62,976 nucleotides of DNA, filler included, from Octopus bimaculoides (GCF_001194135.2; 5 parts of 5 records of this genome joined end to end with filler, not necessarily neighbours in it); one strand, 5' to 3'; numbered from the whole stretch's first letter, positions 45,855-59,964 are shown. The notes: generated by a model not told the origin, from the sequence alone. Program-made: numbers and translations.

Positions 45855-48231
45855 TGTGTGTGTGCGCGCGCGTGTATATGTGTGTGTGCGCGCGTGTATA
45901 TGTGTGTGTGTTTATATTGCATCGTAAGAATTTATAAATTTTAATCACCGTAAGATAATTTTTTCTCAAAACAGTGGATCAGAAGAGCGTATGAATATTT
46001 GGTCTACTTGATGTCTACTGTTCCAAATAATATTTCAACTTCGCTCGAAATTTATAAATTCTTCTGACGTCACCTGCATACAATTCTAAACTGGATAGAA
46101 AAATTGGAAAGACTGTTTTGGTCCAATGGGAGAACAATAGCGATATTTACCGATGTGTGTTTTTGTCCACGGCAGCTTTTGAATTGTTCTACCCAAAAAT
46201 TCTCTCCCAGTATTTACACACTAATATTTATAGCTTTATTTGCTCGACGCTTCGCTGTTTCAAAAAAGGAGAGAGAGAGAAAGACATATATGCGTATATA
46301 GACGAAGGAATGCTGAAAAGATCCTGAATTTAAGGGTATCGCGAAAGGCCTTGTTGGAAGCTTAAATGTCCGAGTACTTTCTACATGGCTTAGAAAGAAC
46401 TGAACGATCATTGCAATATGTGTATGAATCTGAGATTGGAATATGTTGAATAAAACCATAATTAATTGATCCTCCTGTGTATTTTTTTACACAAAGCCAG
46501 TAACCTTTCAGCACCCTATAGTACTTATATATATTAGTGCTGTGTTTGTGATGTTAGTGTTGTATTGTAAGTGTTATATTCCAAAAAGTAGACGTCATTT
46601 TAGTTACACGTACAAAAAAGTATATTATTTTAAAACTAAGGCGTATTTTACGTTAATTATTTAGCAATTTAGATTATTGATGATGAAGACCGTCTTCAGT
46701 CATGTCATGTTGAAATCTTACGTAGACCTCTTATAGACTTTGTGGTTTTCATGATAGACATTGTACGTCAAAATGCACTTTTGAATTGTAACACATTAAA
46801 CTCAGTTATGTGTATTAGGCTTAAGTATTAACAAATGCGCAATCTTTCGATTTTCAATTTGTCGGCCTTACTCTAGTTCTAAAGATAAAATATATACTCG
46901 GTCGAGTATATCACATGATATGTACATATATACATACATACAATAATAAATGATTTTATATTGGTTTTTCTCTACATACTAGATATTTCAAAATCCTTTA
47001 TTGCTTCCAAACTCGACAACATTCTAATACTGCCAATGTACTATTTCATTTATTATATCTTTTATTTCTTGTAAGTGCTTACATCTTCTGGAATATTTTC
47101 AAAAGTGAGTTTGCTCTTTTCTTTATCTTCTTTATCATATTTTATTTATTTCGTATCATTTTTTGTTTGTTTGTTTCTTTGGGTTTTCTTTTTTTATCTC
47201 ACAAAAAAAACTCAATAGAACTTTATCTGATGTTCATTATTTTCCATACAGAAATAGATTATAAATATGTCATGAATTGTAATAAATTATGCACAAACAT
47301 AAGCTTTCAATTAAGTGAATGTGCCAATTATTCAAAGAGGGCTTTGTCTTGTATTATTAATTCTGGTTATATATGCTAAAGATAATACTGCAATTAAAAT
47401 GTGTGTGTTAAGGATGAATTGAAAAAGTCTAAGAAATATAATACTTCTATGTACAATTGTTCGGTTTCATATATTGTAATATTCTTCTCTTTTTATGTAA
47501 TGCCATCTAGAATATTCACAATGTGTACATTAACATCAATTAATGAAAACATTGAATGCAAAAATAAAACGGAATGAGGGTTGGTACATTCAATACCCCG
47601 TTATCAGTTTTATATTTCTTTCCAACAATGTTTTGCCTTTTTCCTTTCCTATTTCATGTTTCAATTTCTATTTGTATTAGTTCTTTCTCTTTCAAGAAGA
47701 GTTAACGCAAATAGAACATTATATTTAATGTTTTAAGTGTTAATTTAATACTTTAAGTTGATTGGGATTTGAAGTCGTTAATGAATATAGATGACGAGTA
47801 GCCTAATGAAAGAATATGACATGACACACAATAGTTTACGTTTCCCTACATTTACGCTCGTAATAAATCTTGCCAAAAGAAAAAGAAAAAGTAAGGCACT
47901 AGTTACTCTTTTATTCTTTTCATCAAAATACGTAGTTTTACTTGCTTGTTCTTTATTTCTTGAAGAATATGGAAGGACAACAATAGAAAGAAGAATATAA
48001 TATGAACAATATGACAAAAATATTATCGACCCTATTATTTTAAACACTATATTAACTATATATTTTATCAATAAACAAAGCCCCTGGTTATCTCGCAAAT
48101 GAGTATGTTATATTTTCTTCTTGCTTCGTTTTTGCATATTTTTTGCAAGTTATTTTTTCAGTATGATTATAGATATATTATCTTTTATTCCCTTCATATT
48201 AACTCTCGATTTGACACTAAATGTTTGTCTT

Positions 48232-48270
<39 letters not shown>

Positions 48271-50330
48271 ATATGTATGTATGTATGTATCATCTCTATC
48301 TTTCGCAGATCTTACTTGTATCTAAACAAATTTACCTGAGCATACTGAGATCGTATCACACCAAGAATTGTCTCGCTTTTCAAATGTTTGGCATTTACAG
48401 GATATAATACAAATTAAAACACCCCCAAAACACTCCAGTTTAGAATCAAACTATAAGCAAGGTCAACAAAAAATATATTATACGTAAGAAGATAAATGTA
48501 TCCGCATTATAAACAAAAATGATTATATAAAATAATAAAATGTGTGTTCTATTGTCTACACAACCATAAGAAGCGAGAACTTTCATATCAGTACGAAAAC
48601 CTTCAAGCCTGTAATGTAGCAGATGTTCCAGGTGACCTATAAGATATAAACATTTCAATGCAAACATGAATGTTTGTAACTGCATCACGCCAAATGTTAC
48701 ATCCAGCATGGTCGACTAGTGCTTTCAACAGAATATAATCCAATGGCGATATGTTGACAGTGTCTGCAGTACAAAGTTTATGTCTCTTCATACACCAGTC
48801 ATGTTTCACAAAGGCAGAAGACTTTCTTTTGTAATTCTGTTTAGCATATATATATATATATATATTAATATATGCATACACATATATAAATATTTAATAT
48901 ATTTACATATATGTGTGCGCATGTGTGTGTGACTGTGTATGTATGTGTACGCATGTATGTATGTCTGTATGATTTACAGGTCTGTGTATTATTGCCGGCG
49001 TTCAGTATTTAGTTGTGTTTATTACTGCATATCAGAGTGTATGCATTTATAAAGCTGCATCTGTTGTTTCTCAATCTCGTTCAACTCCTATCATTAGCCC
49101 CTTATGAGAGAGGAAGAATATTTCCTGTAGGATTAAAAGAAACTTCTTTGTATGTGAGAGCATGCGATATTGTGTGTATGCGTGAGAGCTATTACGTGCA
49201 TGTATGCACCATGTGAACGTATATATGCGTGCGTGTGTATGTGTATGTATATAAACTGTAATTTTTGTATAATTATGTATTGTTAATATAACAATACATA
49301 AAGACGGGCTGGAGTCGAAGTGCTCAGCATGAGCTAGAATTCATCTTATAGTACAAATAGATACATAAGGGTGGAAAATCACAGGAACAATACCATATGT
49401 CCAACGCAAGATACAATATGTCTGTTCCATTCCTTCAAGAATCAATAAATGAATTTATAGTAGTTAGTCTCCAAAATGTCTAAAAGGTACGGTAAGAAGA
49501 CAAGCAATTACAACAATAAAAACATTAGAAATATCATGAATGTTCAAAATATTTATTAAAAAAATATATATATATTTATAAATATGCATGATTTCTAAGT
49601 TGTATAAAAATATGACAATTAAAGTTAAAACATTGCGATTTGTAAGCGTACATTATGATATAACATATAATGGGTAAATATATACGGTATAATGAAGTTA
49701 TAAATTTACATGTATTATATTATAAACGTGTACATTAGGACAGGATTTTAAAAAATAGTGACTGTAAAGGCGAATAGTGACTGTAAAGGATCATAGCATG
49801 AATTCGAACTTAGAATAGTAATAATAATGATTTAGATAGGAAAACTTCCATGAGTTAATAATTACAAAAATAATACAATATAATTTAATATATAAGGAAG
49901 AAAAATAATATTATAAAATAAAATAAATAGAAGTACCAATAGACATTATATAAGCAGGCCGGAATAGAACTAGTATAATTTGAACTTGTATCGATGATTA
50001 GGGATGAACTTATAAATGGATTAATAAATGAAATAAGAAATAAAATTAAATAAAATTAAACATGGGAATACAAACAAAATATTATTATGAATTAATTCGC
50101 AATAGGATATGATTAGGCTAGTGATTTAATTTAATTTATCAAACTATGCTAATTAGGTATTAATACATATTCTTCGTTTTTTTTATATATATACGTAATT
50201 CCGCAATTGAGGAAAAAGGAGCCGTGATGTAATGTGTTGTGTCCAGTTGTTTTACTTGTATATTGTATTATATCACTCTTAACTTTTTATGTTCTCTATA
50301 TTTTTTCCTTCCTCTCTATATGTAAAACAA

Positions 50331-50415
50331 ACATCCTGATGAAGGGAGTGTCTAATCTCTAATATGAGTACAACACCATATTAATAGACACATCACAGAA
50401 ACGGTCCGTAGATGT
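50331..50415 (+). ncRNA. Type-I hammerhead ribozyme with a long stem II
   Basis: ACATC-CTGATGA-[AGGGA GTGTCTA..TAATATG..CATATTA..TAGACAC ATCACA]-GAAAC-GGTCC-GTA-GATGT. Stem I 5 bp, near-palindromic stem III ACGGTCCGT. Predicted cut after A50410. Confidence 0.8.
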
Positions 50416-51359
50416 ATACTTTTAACTTAACTTTTATATTATATGTTTTTTTTTGTTTTTTTTTAATCCTGTCCTAATGTACACGTTTATAATATAATAC
50501 ATGTAAATTTATAACTTCATCATANNNNNNNNNNNNNNNNNNNNNNNNNNNNNNNNNNNNNNNNNNNNNNNNNNNNNNNNNNNNNNNNNNNNNNNNNNNN
50601 NNNNNNNNNNNNNNNNNNNNNNNNNNNNNNNNNNNNNNNNNNNNNNNNNNNNNNNNNNNNNNNNNNNNNNNNNNNNNNNNNNNNNNNNNNNNNNNNNNNN
50701 NNNNNNNNNNNNNNNNNNNNNNNNNNNNNNNNNNNNNNNNNNNNNNNNNNNNNNNNNNNNNNNNNNNNNNNNNNNTATATATATATATATATCTATATAT
50801 ATATATACATATATGCATCCATGTACAAGCATCCATGTAAACACGTATGCAAACAGACACACGAACATACACACCCACAAAAAAAATACGACCGCATGAA
50901 TGCATACAAACATAAATCAAGTGTCTGTATAATGCGTGTATTTATTGTTCAGCAGTTTCTAAAGTAAATGTTACCTTCACTTAGCACAAACATTTATCAT
51001 AGGTATTAACAAAATTTTTTCGTATGTTGATGCAGTCTCCAACAAAATATATACATATGTACATATTGAAAGTTATGTGTAGATCACAGAATAATTTTGA
51101 AGTGCAGAAGAGTCACATTGTGCAACAAGAACTCGTCTGCTTTCAGGTAGGATATATCTACTTTCAAAAGTGAGTATCTCGGTGGGTCACCTCTTATAAC
51201 CTCAATTATTAGTTGCATATTATCTGTCTCTCCTTCGTATGTGTGACTGTCTGTGTGTGTGATTGTATAAATACATATATATATACACATACATGCGTAT
51301 GTATATATATATTATTTGTAAATCTACACACACACACACGCGCGCGCACACACACACAT

Positions 51360-51412
<53 letters not shown>

Positions 51413-51694
51413 TTACAATAATTCTATTATTATCTAATGTCACTAATTTCAGAATGATAATAGCAGAATCAACGATACTGGAGACAGCTGGCCAAAAAAT
51501 AGCATTTGAATAGCCGAGGGATTAAAATTAATCAAAGGACATACTAAGTATGTCTACCTACTTGAAATGTCTACTTCCTTGCAGCTATATAATTCATTGT
51601 CCAGAAATAGATGACTGGAAGGTTTACTGTGGTGGGCGCTAAGTGTTTTGTCCGGTATGCTAACAGTTCAACCAGCACGCCGCCATAACAATCA

Positions 51695-52146
51695 TTTCTA
51701 CAAAAGGCACAAGGCCTGAAATATTCGGGGTGGTGACTAGTCGATTACATCGGCCCCAGTCTTTCACTCGTACTTATTTAATCCACTCCGAAAGGATGAA
51801 AGGCAAATTCGACCTCGGTGGAATTTGAACTCAGGATATAAAGACGGACAGAAGGCCGCTAAACATTTTGCCCGGTGTGCTAACGATTATGCCAGTTCGC
51901 TAATTCGAACCGCCTCAATAATAATAATATTCCTTTCTACTGAAGGCCTAATGCCTGAAAATTTGATGAAAGGGTACTTAGCCGATAACATCGATACCTG
52001 TATGTAACTGGTACTTAATCTATCGACCCCGAAATGATGGATGACAAAGTCGACGTCAGTGGAATTTGAACTCAGAACGTAGCAGCAGTCGAAATACCGC
52101 TAAGCATCTCACCCGGCGTACTAAGATTTCTGCCTGCACGCCGCCT
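51695..52146 (-). mobile_element. Two head-to-tail SINE family F copies
   Basis: Each contains GAAAGGCAAAGTCGACCTCGGTGGAATTTGAACTCAG-like sequence and ends in CCGCCTC(AAT)n. Confidence 0.8.
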
Positions 52147-52147
52147 C

Positions 52148-52191
<44 letters not shown>

Positions 52192-52906
52192 GACTGCTCC
52201 GAAACTTATCCAAAAACATCGGAAATAAAGACATCGCATGGAGCCAAAAAATAGCTGACAAAGGGTTGGACTAATCCGAGTAAGTAATACTTATTGAAAT
52301 TTATTTCTATTTTTCCAAATATAATGATGTATTTTAACTTGATACCTCCANNNNNNNNNNNNNNNNNNNNNNNNNNNNNNNNNNNNNNNNNNNNTTAATT
52401 AATTAANNNNNNNNNNNNNNNNNNNNNNNNNNNNNNNNNNNNNNNNNNNNTATATATATATATATGCCGTTCATAGACGAGATCAAGAGATTCTCAGTAT
52501 AGAAGACACTTAGTAGCGCTCAAATGATTCAAGCTCAGGGGATCAGTTTCGCAGAATAAAGAATGGTTATGAGATGGATCCGTTGTTTGTACTCTGTGTA
52601 ACTTGGGTCTATTAATATAAATATCTATATATTTATACATTAGTATTCATCGTCTGTAAATCTCTATTCATAATTGTCTCTCTCCTCTCTCCCCTCCTCT
52701 CTCTCTCTCTCTCTCTATGTATGCGTGTGTGTACTTACTCCAACCCAACAAATATGGGAAGTGGACGTTAAAAAGATGAGGACAGAGATGATGAAATTTT
52801 GTCTTTCCATATAATAGTCGATGTAAATGTTGACTGGCCAGATGATTTTATCAGTCATGGTTCAGTCGCATTGGAGAGAGAGAAAGAGGAAACAGAGAGA
52901 AAGAGG

Positions 52907-52999
<93 letters not shown>

Positions 53000-53202
53000 G
53001 CAAAAGAAAAATACCGAGGGTTAATGTAATCGAAGTCGATAAAGAAATGCAGAAACTGATAGACCTTGGTAAGGGGAGCGTAAAAGAAGATAGAATCTAC
53101 GTAATCGTTAGATACCAAATACATCACACATGCGCGCACACGCATACGTGCACACATAATCATATACGCATATAGGGATATTACTACAAATCTTTAAGTG
53201 GA

Positions 53203-53562
53203 GGCGCAATGGCCCAGTGGTTAGGGCAGCGGACTCGAGGTCGTAGGATCGCGGTTTCGATTCCCAGACCGGGCGTTGTGAGTGTTTATTGGGCGAAAAC
53301 ACCTAAAAGCTCCAAGAGGCTCTGGCAGGGGATGGTGGCGAAGCCTGCTGTACTCTTTCACCACAACTTTCTCTCACTCTTTCTTCCTGTTTCTGTTGTA
53401 CCTGTGTTTCAAAGGGCCAGCCTTGTCACACTGTGTCACGCTGAATATCCCCGAGAACTACGTTAAGGGTACATGTGTCTGTGGAGTGCTCAGCCACTTG
53501 CACGTTAATTTCACGAGCAGGCTGTTCCGTTGATCGGATCAACTGGAACCCTCGACGTCGTC
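53203..53562 (+). mobile_element. Complete SINE family C copy
   Basis: tRNA-like head GGCGCAATGGCCCAGTGGTTAGGGCAGCGGACTC...GGTTTCGATTCCCAGACC; tail shared with family B. Confidence 0.88.
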
Positions 53563-53574
53563 GTATGCATGTAT

Positions 53575-53930
53575 GCGTGGCACCTTGGGCAAGTGTCTTC
53601 TACTATAGCTTTGGGTCGACCAAAGCCTTGTGAGTGGATTTGGTAGACGGAAACTGAAAAGAATCCCATCGTATATAAGCATATATATATGTGTGTGTGT
53701 GTGTGTGTATGTGTGTTTGTATGTCTGTCGTTGTCACCCCAACATCGCTTGACAACCGATGCTGGTGTGTTTACGTCCCCGTAACTTAGCGGTTCGGCAA
53801 AAGAGACTGATAGAATAAGTACTAGGCTTATAAAAATAAAAATAAGTCGTGGGGTCGATTTGCTTGACTAAAGGCGTTGCTCCAGCATTGCCGCAATCAA
53901 ATGACTGAAACAAGTAAAAGAGTAAAAGAG
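53575..53930 (+). mobile_element. 5'-truncated SINE family A with internal (TA)n(TG)n spacer and complete 3' half
   Basis: CGTGGCACCTTGGGCAAG...CCCATCGTAT, then microsatellite, then CATCGCTTGACAACCGATGCTGG...CAAATGACTGAAACAAGTAAAAGAG. Confidence 0.85.
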
Positions 53931-53969
<39 letters not shown>

Positions 53970-55684
53970 TAATGCGTAACGTACTTATCATGCTTGTTAA
54001 CTCTCAGCCCTTGTGCCACTTTGTCACTTCTGCTGACCAGGCATAGTTATATATATATACTCATGTTTTGAGTTCCTTTTTATCCCACACGCATATATGT
54101 TATCTGCATATATGCGGATAAAATACAAGAGAGTTAAGAAACATATCGCTCCAATATAAATGCAACGCCAACTGATCTGAAAACTCAATGATAACATAGA
54201 AGCTTATGTGTCTCCAACAGACAAAGCATTTACAATATTTAGCGTCAATATCGCCAACGACACGATAACTACGAAGGTCAGAATGATCACTCTTAACTCT
54301 TACTCCGCTACCACTAACAGCACAAAACAAAAGCAAGGGGCTAACAAACAGTCTCCCGTCTTTCAAGAAGCAGCAGTCAAGTCTTCCGATAATACCGAAT
54401 GGAAGATTCCATTTCATAATGTTATCGATAAAAGTCATTCCGATTTTGGTTGTAGGACGCTTTGTTCAATGTTTGTTAAATTTTAAATAAGGACAATACA
54501 AATCAAGCTAGGGACCCTCCCTATGTTCTGTCAACCTGCTAGACATAGCAGTCAAATCTTAAATCATATCGAATAGGCTTAGATAATAATATCTATACTA
54601 GACAAAGTTCTATAACCCTTCAAAGAGGAGCTGAACTGACAGTAGATGGAATGCTATGAATCATAGATTTGATCGATTAGAGTTTATCGGCTGGGTCACG
54701 AACAACAAACATCATCATTATCATCATTGACAATAAAAACAACGGCGACGACGATGACTGCCAACACGATTATATGAGCAGAACAACAACAAATATGAAA
54801 GGCCACTAATCTTTACCGCCATCACAATTAAGAACAAGCAGGAAGCACAATAACTTCCAGAACTAGCATAACAATATCCTCCTTTTCATTATCATCGCCA
54901 TTCTTAACAGTAACCACAACACTAACAGTTGCAAAAGTCAGAACATCAATAACAATAATAAAACCAAAGAATAATTACAATATAACAATAGCACAAAGAA
55001 CAGTAATCACATCTGCAACACGGTCGCTTTACCTGTTGGAAATAGCAGTCAAATTTCCTTCATATTTACGCAGTGCTGTCTTTAAAAAATCTCACATTCA
55101 ATAACAATAGTTCTAGACAGCCCCTAAAAATGTCAGCATTGCCAAGGCTAGAGGACATTGTTATCATAAGTCTGTTCAATTAGAGTTGATCTGGAGTTAA
55201 CTACAACAAGCAACTTCAACACTACACATAAATAAATAATAAATATAACTGTAAGCAATGAACACCAGTAACAACATGCTTACAACAACTATAGCTACTG
55301 CTGTTACCGTTACCACCACCACCACCACCTTTAACAAACTACTACAAACGAAAGGGTAGGTTGCTCTGTCATTTAACATGGAAAAATAGCCAAATTACCA
55401 ACAAGCCTCGCTAACCAATTTTGAAATCAAAAAATAAAAATGACTCCTCGCCCCACAGACACACAGATACAAATGCACATACACAAACGTATATATAAAG
55501 AGAGAGGGCCATTGCCAGAACGAAGTAATGTCCTATATGGTCATTTGATCTATTAGGAAGATCAATCGAATTCCTTCAAATACATTCCACAGTCGTCAGA
55601 CAAAAAGATGCGAAGGTCACGACTGGAACGCCCTCAATTACATTATAACAAACACAATAAATGGTAATAATATTGGGTTCATAA

Positions 55685-56603
55685 TCTGGCACAAGGCCAG
55701 CAATTTCCGGGGAGGGACTAAGTCGATTATATCGACCCCGCTGCTCAACTGGTATTTATTTTATTGGACCCAAAAGGATGAAAGGCAAGATAGACCCCGG
55801 CGGCATTTGAACTCAGAATTGAAAGACTGAAGAAATGTCGCTCGGTATTTTGCCCAACGTGCTAGCGATCTTGCCAGCTTCGCCTTATAAACAGTAATGA
55901 TAGTCTTTTCTACTTTACTCTAGGTACAAGGCCCGAAATTTTTGAGGAGGGGGCTAGTCGATTAGATCGACCCCAATACGCAACTGATATTTAATTTATC
56001 GGCCCCGAAAGGATGAAAGGCAAAGTCGACCTCGGCGGAATTTGAACTCAGAGCATAAAGACAGCCGAAATACCTCTAAGCATTTCGCCCGGCGTGCTAA
56101 CGATCTTGCCAGCTCGAAGCCTTATAAACAGTAATAATATTGATTTATAATAGAGATACAAGTCGAGCAAAAATTTGAACGAGGGAACAGTACATCATAG
56201 CGACACCAGTGCTTAATTGGTATTTTATTTTATTGATCCCTAGAAAGAAGAAAGGCGGAACTGATCTCAGCGAATTTTGAACTCAGACTCTAAAGCGCCC
56301 CAGCAAAAAGAAAAAAAAGAATAAAAAGAGAAAAAAATGCTCTACCGATGCTACAAAACCACCACCCAATATAGTATTTATGAATGGTTCCTGATTAAGG
56401 CACAAGATCAAAAATTTTGAGGGGAGGGGAGGAATCGGTTTCATTCTCTCCTGTACTTGAAATGATACTACATTTTAATTGAACCGTAAAATGAATGGTA
56501 AAAATCAGTTTGAGAAGATATGAACTCACTAATATAATAATAATTCTTTCTATTATTATAGGCACAAAGCTTTGAATTTTGTTAGTCGATTACTTTGGCT
56601 TTA

Positions 56604-56672
<69 letters not shown>

Positions 56673-56822
56673 TCTCCTCTAGGCACAAGCCCGAAATTTT
56701 TGGAGAGGATGGCAGTCGATTAAATCGACCCAGTACACAACTGGTACTTCATTTATCGACCCCGAAAGGTTGAAAGGCAAAGTCGACCTCGGTGGAATTT
56801 GAACTCATTCTGCCAGCTCGCC
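55685..56822 (-). mobile_element. Cluster of at least four full or partial SINE family F copies plus decayed fragments
   Basis: Recurrent GGCACAAGGCC...GTCGATT..ATCGACCCC...ACTGGTA...GAAAGGATGAAAGGCAAAGTCGACCTCGG units near 55685, 55920, 56150 and 56680, all in the same orientation. Confidence 0.85.
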
Positions 56823-56849
56823 ATAATAATAATAATAATAATAATAATG

Positions 56850-56923
<74 letters not shown>

Positions 56924-57266
56924 AAGAAGAAGAAGAAGAAGAATATATTTGAATAGTTACAACACCTCAGATTTTCGAGGAAAGTCAATTAAAATAGCTT
57001 CTTGAGGACGGAAAGAAAAAATAAAAAAAATAATGCGTACCTCACCGGGATGTGAACACAGGAGGTAAAAGCATTAAGATAAACAACTGCTCTCCTAATT
57101 TACAAATAAATGAGAATTTGAAATATTGGTTATTCTTAAATCAGCAATGCCTGAATACACATTGCAGATTTAACCAACACGTCCCAAAAGATGACTTTGG
57201 GTCTATATTGATGGGTACCAGTGATATTGTTGAAATATGTTCATAAATATAATTATGCAAAAAACA

Positions 57267-57322
<56 letters not shown>

Positions 57323-57697
57323 AACACACAGAAGGTTCTCATAAATGAAATAGAGAGAGTTGCGAAAGTGATGTTCTTAGATTATGGAATATATTAGTAA
57401 ATAATGAGATTTTGTTTACTATTTCGATGTATAATTTTAGTTGATCAATGCTATATATTAGAAATATATAAGTATGAATGTATGTAGATGTAGATTTGTG
57501 TAAATATATTGAAAATATATCATGCGTGTGCGAAAGTGTGTACATATATATTCAAATATATATGAATTATATACAAATATAAATACACACACACACACAC
57601 ATATATGAAATATATATATAAGTATATATATTAAGTTATGTATTTATGCATATATGTATTTCCAATGTGTGATATACATCTACATATATATGCAGAT

Positions 57698-57830
<133 letters not shown>

Positions 57831-57872
57831 TATAATGCATAAGCATATGCAGATTTATGAAATACATACATA

Positions 57873-58048
57873 AGCGAGCTGGCAGAATCGTCACTGCACA
57901 GGGCAAATTGCTTAGTGTCATTTCGTTCGTTTTTGCGTTCTGAGTTCAAATGACGCCGGGTCGGACTTTGCTTTTATTCCTTCCGGGTTCAATTAATTGA
58001 GTATCAGTCGAACCCGTACCAGAACTTCCTGACCTTGTGCCAAAATTT
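57873..58048 (+). mobile_element. SINE family F copy
   Basis: GCGAGCTGGCAGAATCG...TTCTGAGTTCAAATGACGCCGGGTCGGACTTTGC is the reverse complement of the 55685-56822 units. Confidence 0.75.
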
Positions 58049-58050
58049 AA

Positions 58051-58084
<34 letters not shown>

Positions 58085-58307
58085 TAGATATATATCAGCA
58101 TGTATAGGTATTTATGTATGAATGCGACAATATATCAATACATCCATGTCAATATGCGAATGTATATATGCATGTGAGTGTGTGTATGAACATACGTGCA
58201 TGTATAAGTCTATAAAAACATATTGTATATATCACATATGTATATATTGTTTTATATAGTAAAGAAAATATATATGTGTGCATGTGTGTATATACAACCA
58301 CGCATAT

Positions 58308-58340
<33 letters not shown>

Positions 58341-58489
58341 ATAAGAGTGAAAAAACTACAGAAGGCTTGTGTTACATGGTTAAAGTATATATTTAAATTA
58401 TGTCAGAAAAATGTTAGAAAAATGTTATAAAATCTTTTTGGTATATAAACATATATATATATATATTATCTTTATAAACCTCGAACTTA

Positions 58490-58733
58490 TTCTACAGGAC
58501 TGCTTTCCCGAAACGCTAAGTTATGGAGAAATAAACGCACTAACTGGAGTTGTCAAGTGACACGTACATACACACACATATATGTACGACGGGTTTCTGT
58601 CAACCAAATCCACTCAGAAGGCTTTGGTCAACCCGATGCTTTGGAAGATACTTGCCGAAGGTGTCACGCAGCGAAACTGAATCAGGTACTCTGTAATTGG
58701 GAAGTAAAGCCGATACAGCCACTCCTGCACCTA
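58490..58733 (-). mobile_element. SINE family A, internally deleted
   Basis: 3'-half fragment, microsatellite, then 5' half CAAATCCACTCAGAAGGCTTTGGTC...CAGCCACTCCTGC. Confidence 0.7.
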
Positions 58734-58753
58734 TATATATATATATATAATAG

Positions 58754-58959
58754 ACAATTGCAGCGTGCAAGGTGTTTATAAGCCATTTAAGAAACACACA
58801 AAAACCGTTAGGTTCACACCACGGAATTTTGTCAGTGAACAGGTCGAGGTCTGAAAGCGACGAGAATATTTTGGCAAATTAAATTTAAATATTAAAGCGA
58901 ATCTAACGGTTTTGTGTGTTTCTTAAATGGCTTATAAACACCTTCCACACTGCAATTGT
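58754..58959. mobile_element. MITE-like element with ~58-bp inverted repeats
   Basis: ACAATTGCAGCGTGCAAGGTGTTTATAAGCCATTTAAGAAACACACAAAAACCGTTAG versus the reverse complement at 58903-58959; no ORF. Confidence 0.75.
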
Positions 58960-59104
58960 TTTCGTCCCAGCACACGATCTTAGGTCAGGTCACTTGCTAT
59001 GCAAGTGCATCTCCGTAACATAGATAATAGAATTACTTGAATTAGGCAGTTAATTTAATATAAGTCAGTCCGGTATTACCCGCACAGCTTGATCATATAT
59101 ATAT

Positions 59105-59368
59105 GCTCTTTTACGGGGACCTAAACAAATCAGCATCGGTTGTCAAGCGAAGTTGGGGGAACAAATACAGATGCATACATATACATATATATATACATAT
59201 ACACGACGGGCTTCTTTCAGTTTCCGTCTACCAAATCCACTCACAAGGCTTTGGTCGGCCCGTGGCTATAGTACAAGACAATTGCTCAAGGTGTCACGTA
59301 GTGGGACTGAACCCGGAACCATGTGGTTGGTAAACAAGCTACTTAACACACAGCCACTCCTACGCCTA
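59105..59368 (-). mobile_element. SINE family A
   Basis: 3'-half fragment, (TA)n spacer and complete 5' half ending CAGCCACTCCTACGCCTA. Confidence 0.8.
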
Positions 59369-59400
<32 letters not shown>

Positions 59401-59964
59401 GTGTGTGTGTGTGTATGCATANNNNNNNNNNNNNNNNNNNNNNNNNNNNNNNNNNNNNNNNNNNNNNNNNNNNNNNNNNNNNNNNNNNNNNNNNNNNNNN
59501 NNNNNNNNNNNNNNNNNNNNNNNNNNNNNNNNNNNNNNNNNNNNNNNNNNNNNNNNNNNNNNNNNNNNNNNNNNNNNNNNNNNNNNNNNNNNNNNNNNNN
59601 NNNNNNNNNNNNNNNNNNNNNNNNNNNNNNNNNNNNNNNNNNNNNNNNNNNNNNNNNNNNNNNNNNNNNNNNNNNNNNNNNNNNNNNNNNNNNNNNNNNN
59701 NNNNNNNNNNNNNNNNNNNNNNNNNNNNNNNNNNNNNNNNNNNNNNNNNNNNNNNNNNNNNNNNNNNNNNNNNNNNNNNNNNNNNNNNNNNNNNNNNNNN
59801 NNNNNNNNNNNNNNNNNNNNNNNNNNNNNNNNNNNNNNNNNNNNNNNNNNNNNNNNNNNNNNNNNNNNNNNNNNNNNNNNNNNNNNNNNNNNNNNNNNNN
59901 NNNNNNNNNNNNNNNNNNNNNNNNNNNNTATATATATATATATATATATTTATAGTTTCAGCTT

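Noticed and set aside
46060-46130. TGACGTCA (CRE-like) and CCAAT boxes; another TGACGTCA near 3211
   Set aside because: Short motifs expected by chance; no TSS evidence.
48600-48790. NISPLDYILLKAL peptide resembling the mariner SPDLxPxDY motif
   Set aside because: Single weak motif with no TIRs or other transposase motifs.
54181-54486. ~100-codon + strand ORF (…VSPTDKAFTIFSVNIANDTITTKV…)
   Set aside because: No ATG or convincing acceptor and no recognisable domain; cannot be tied to the gene without RNA-seq.
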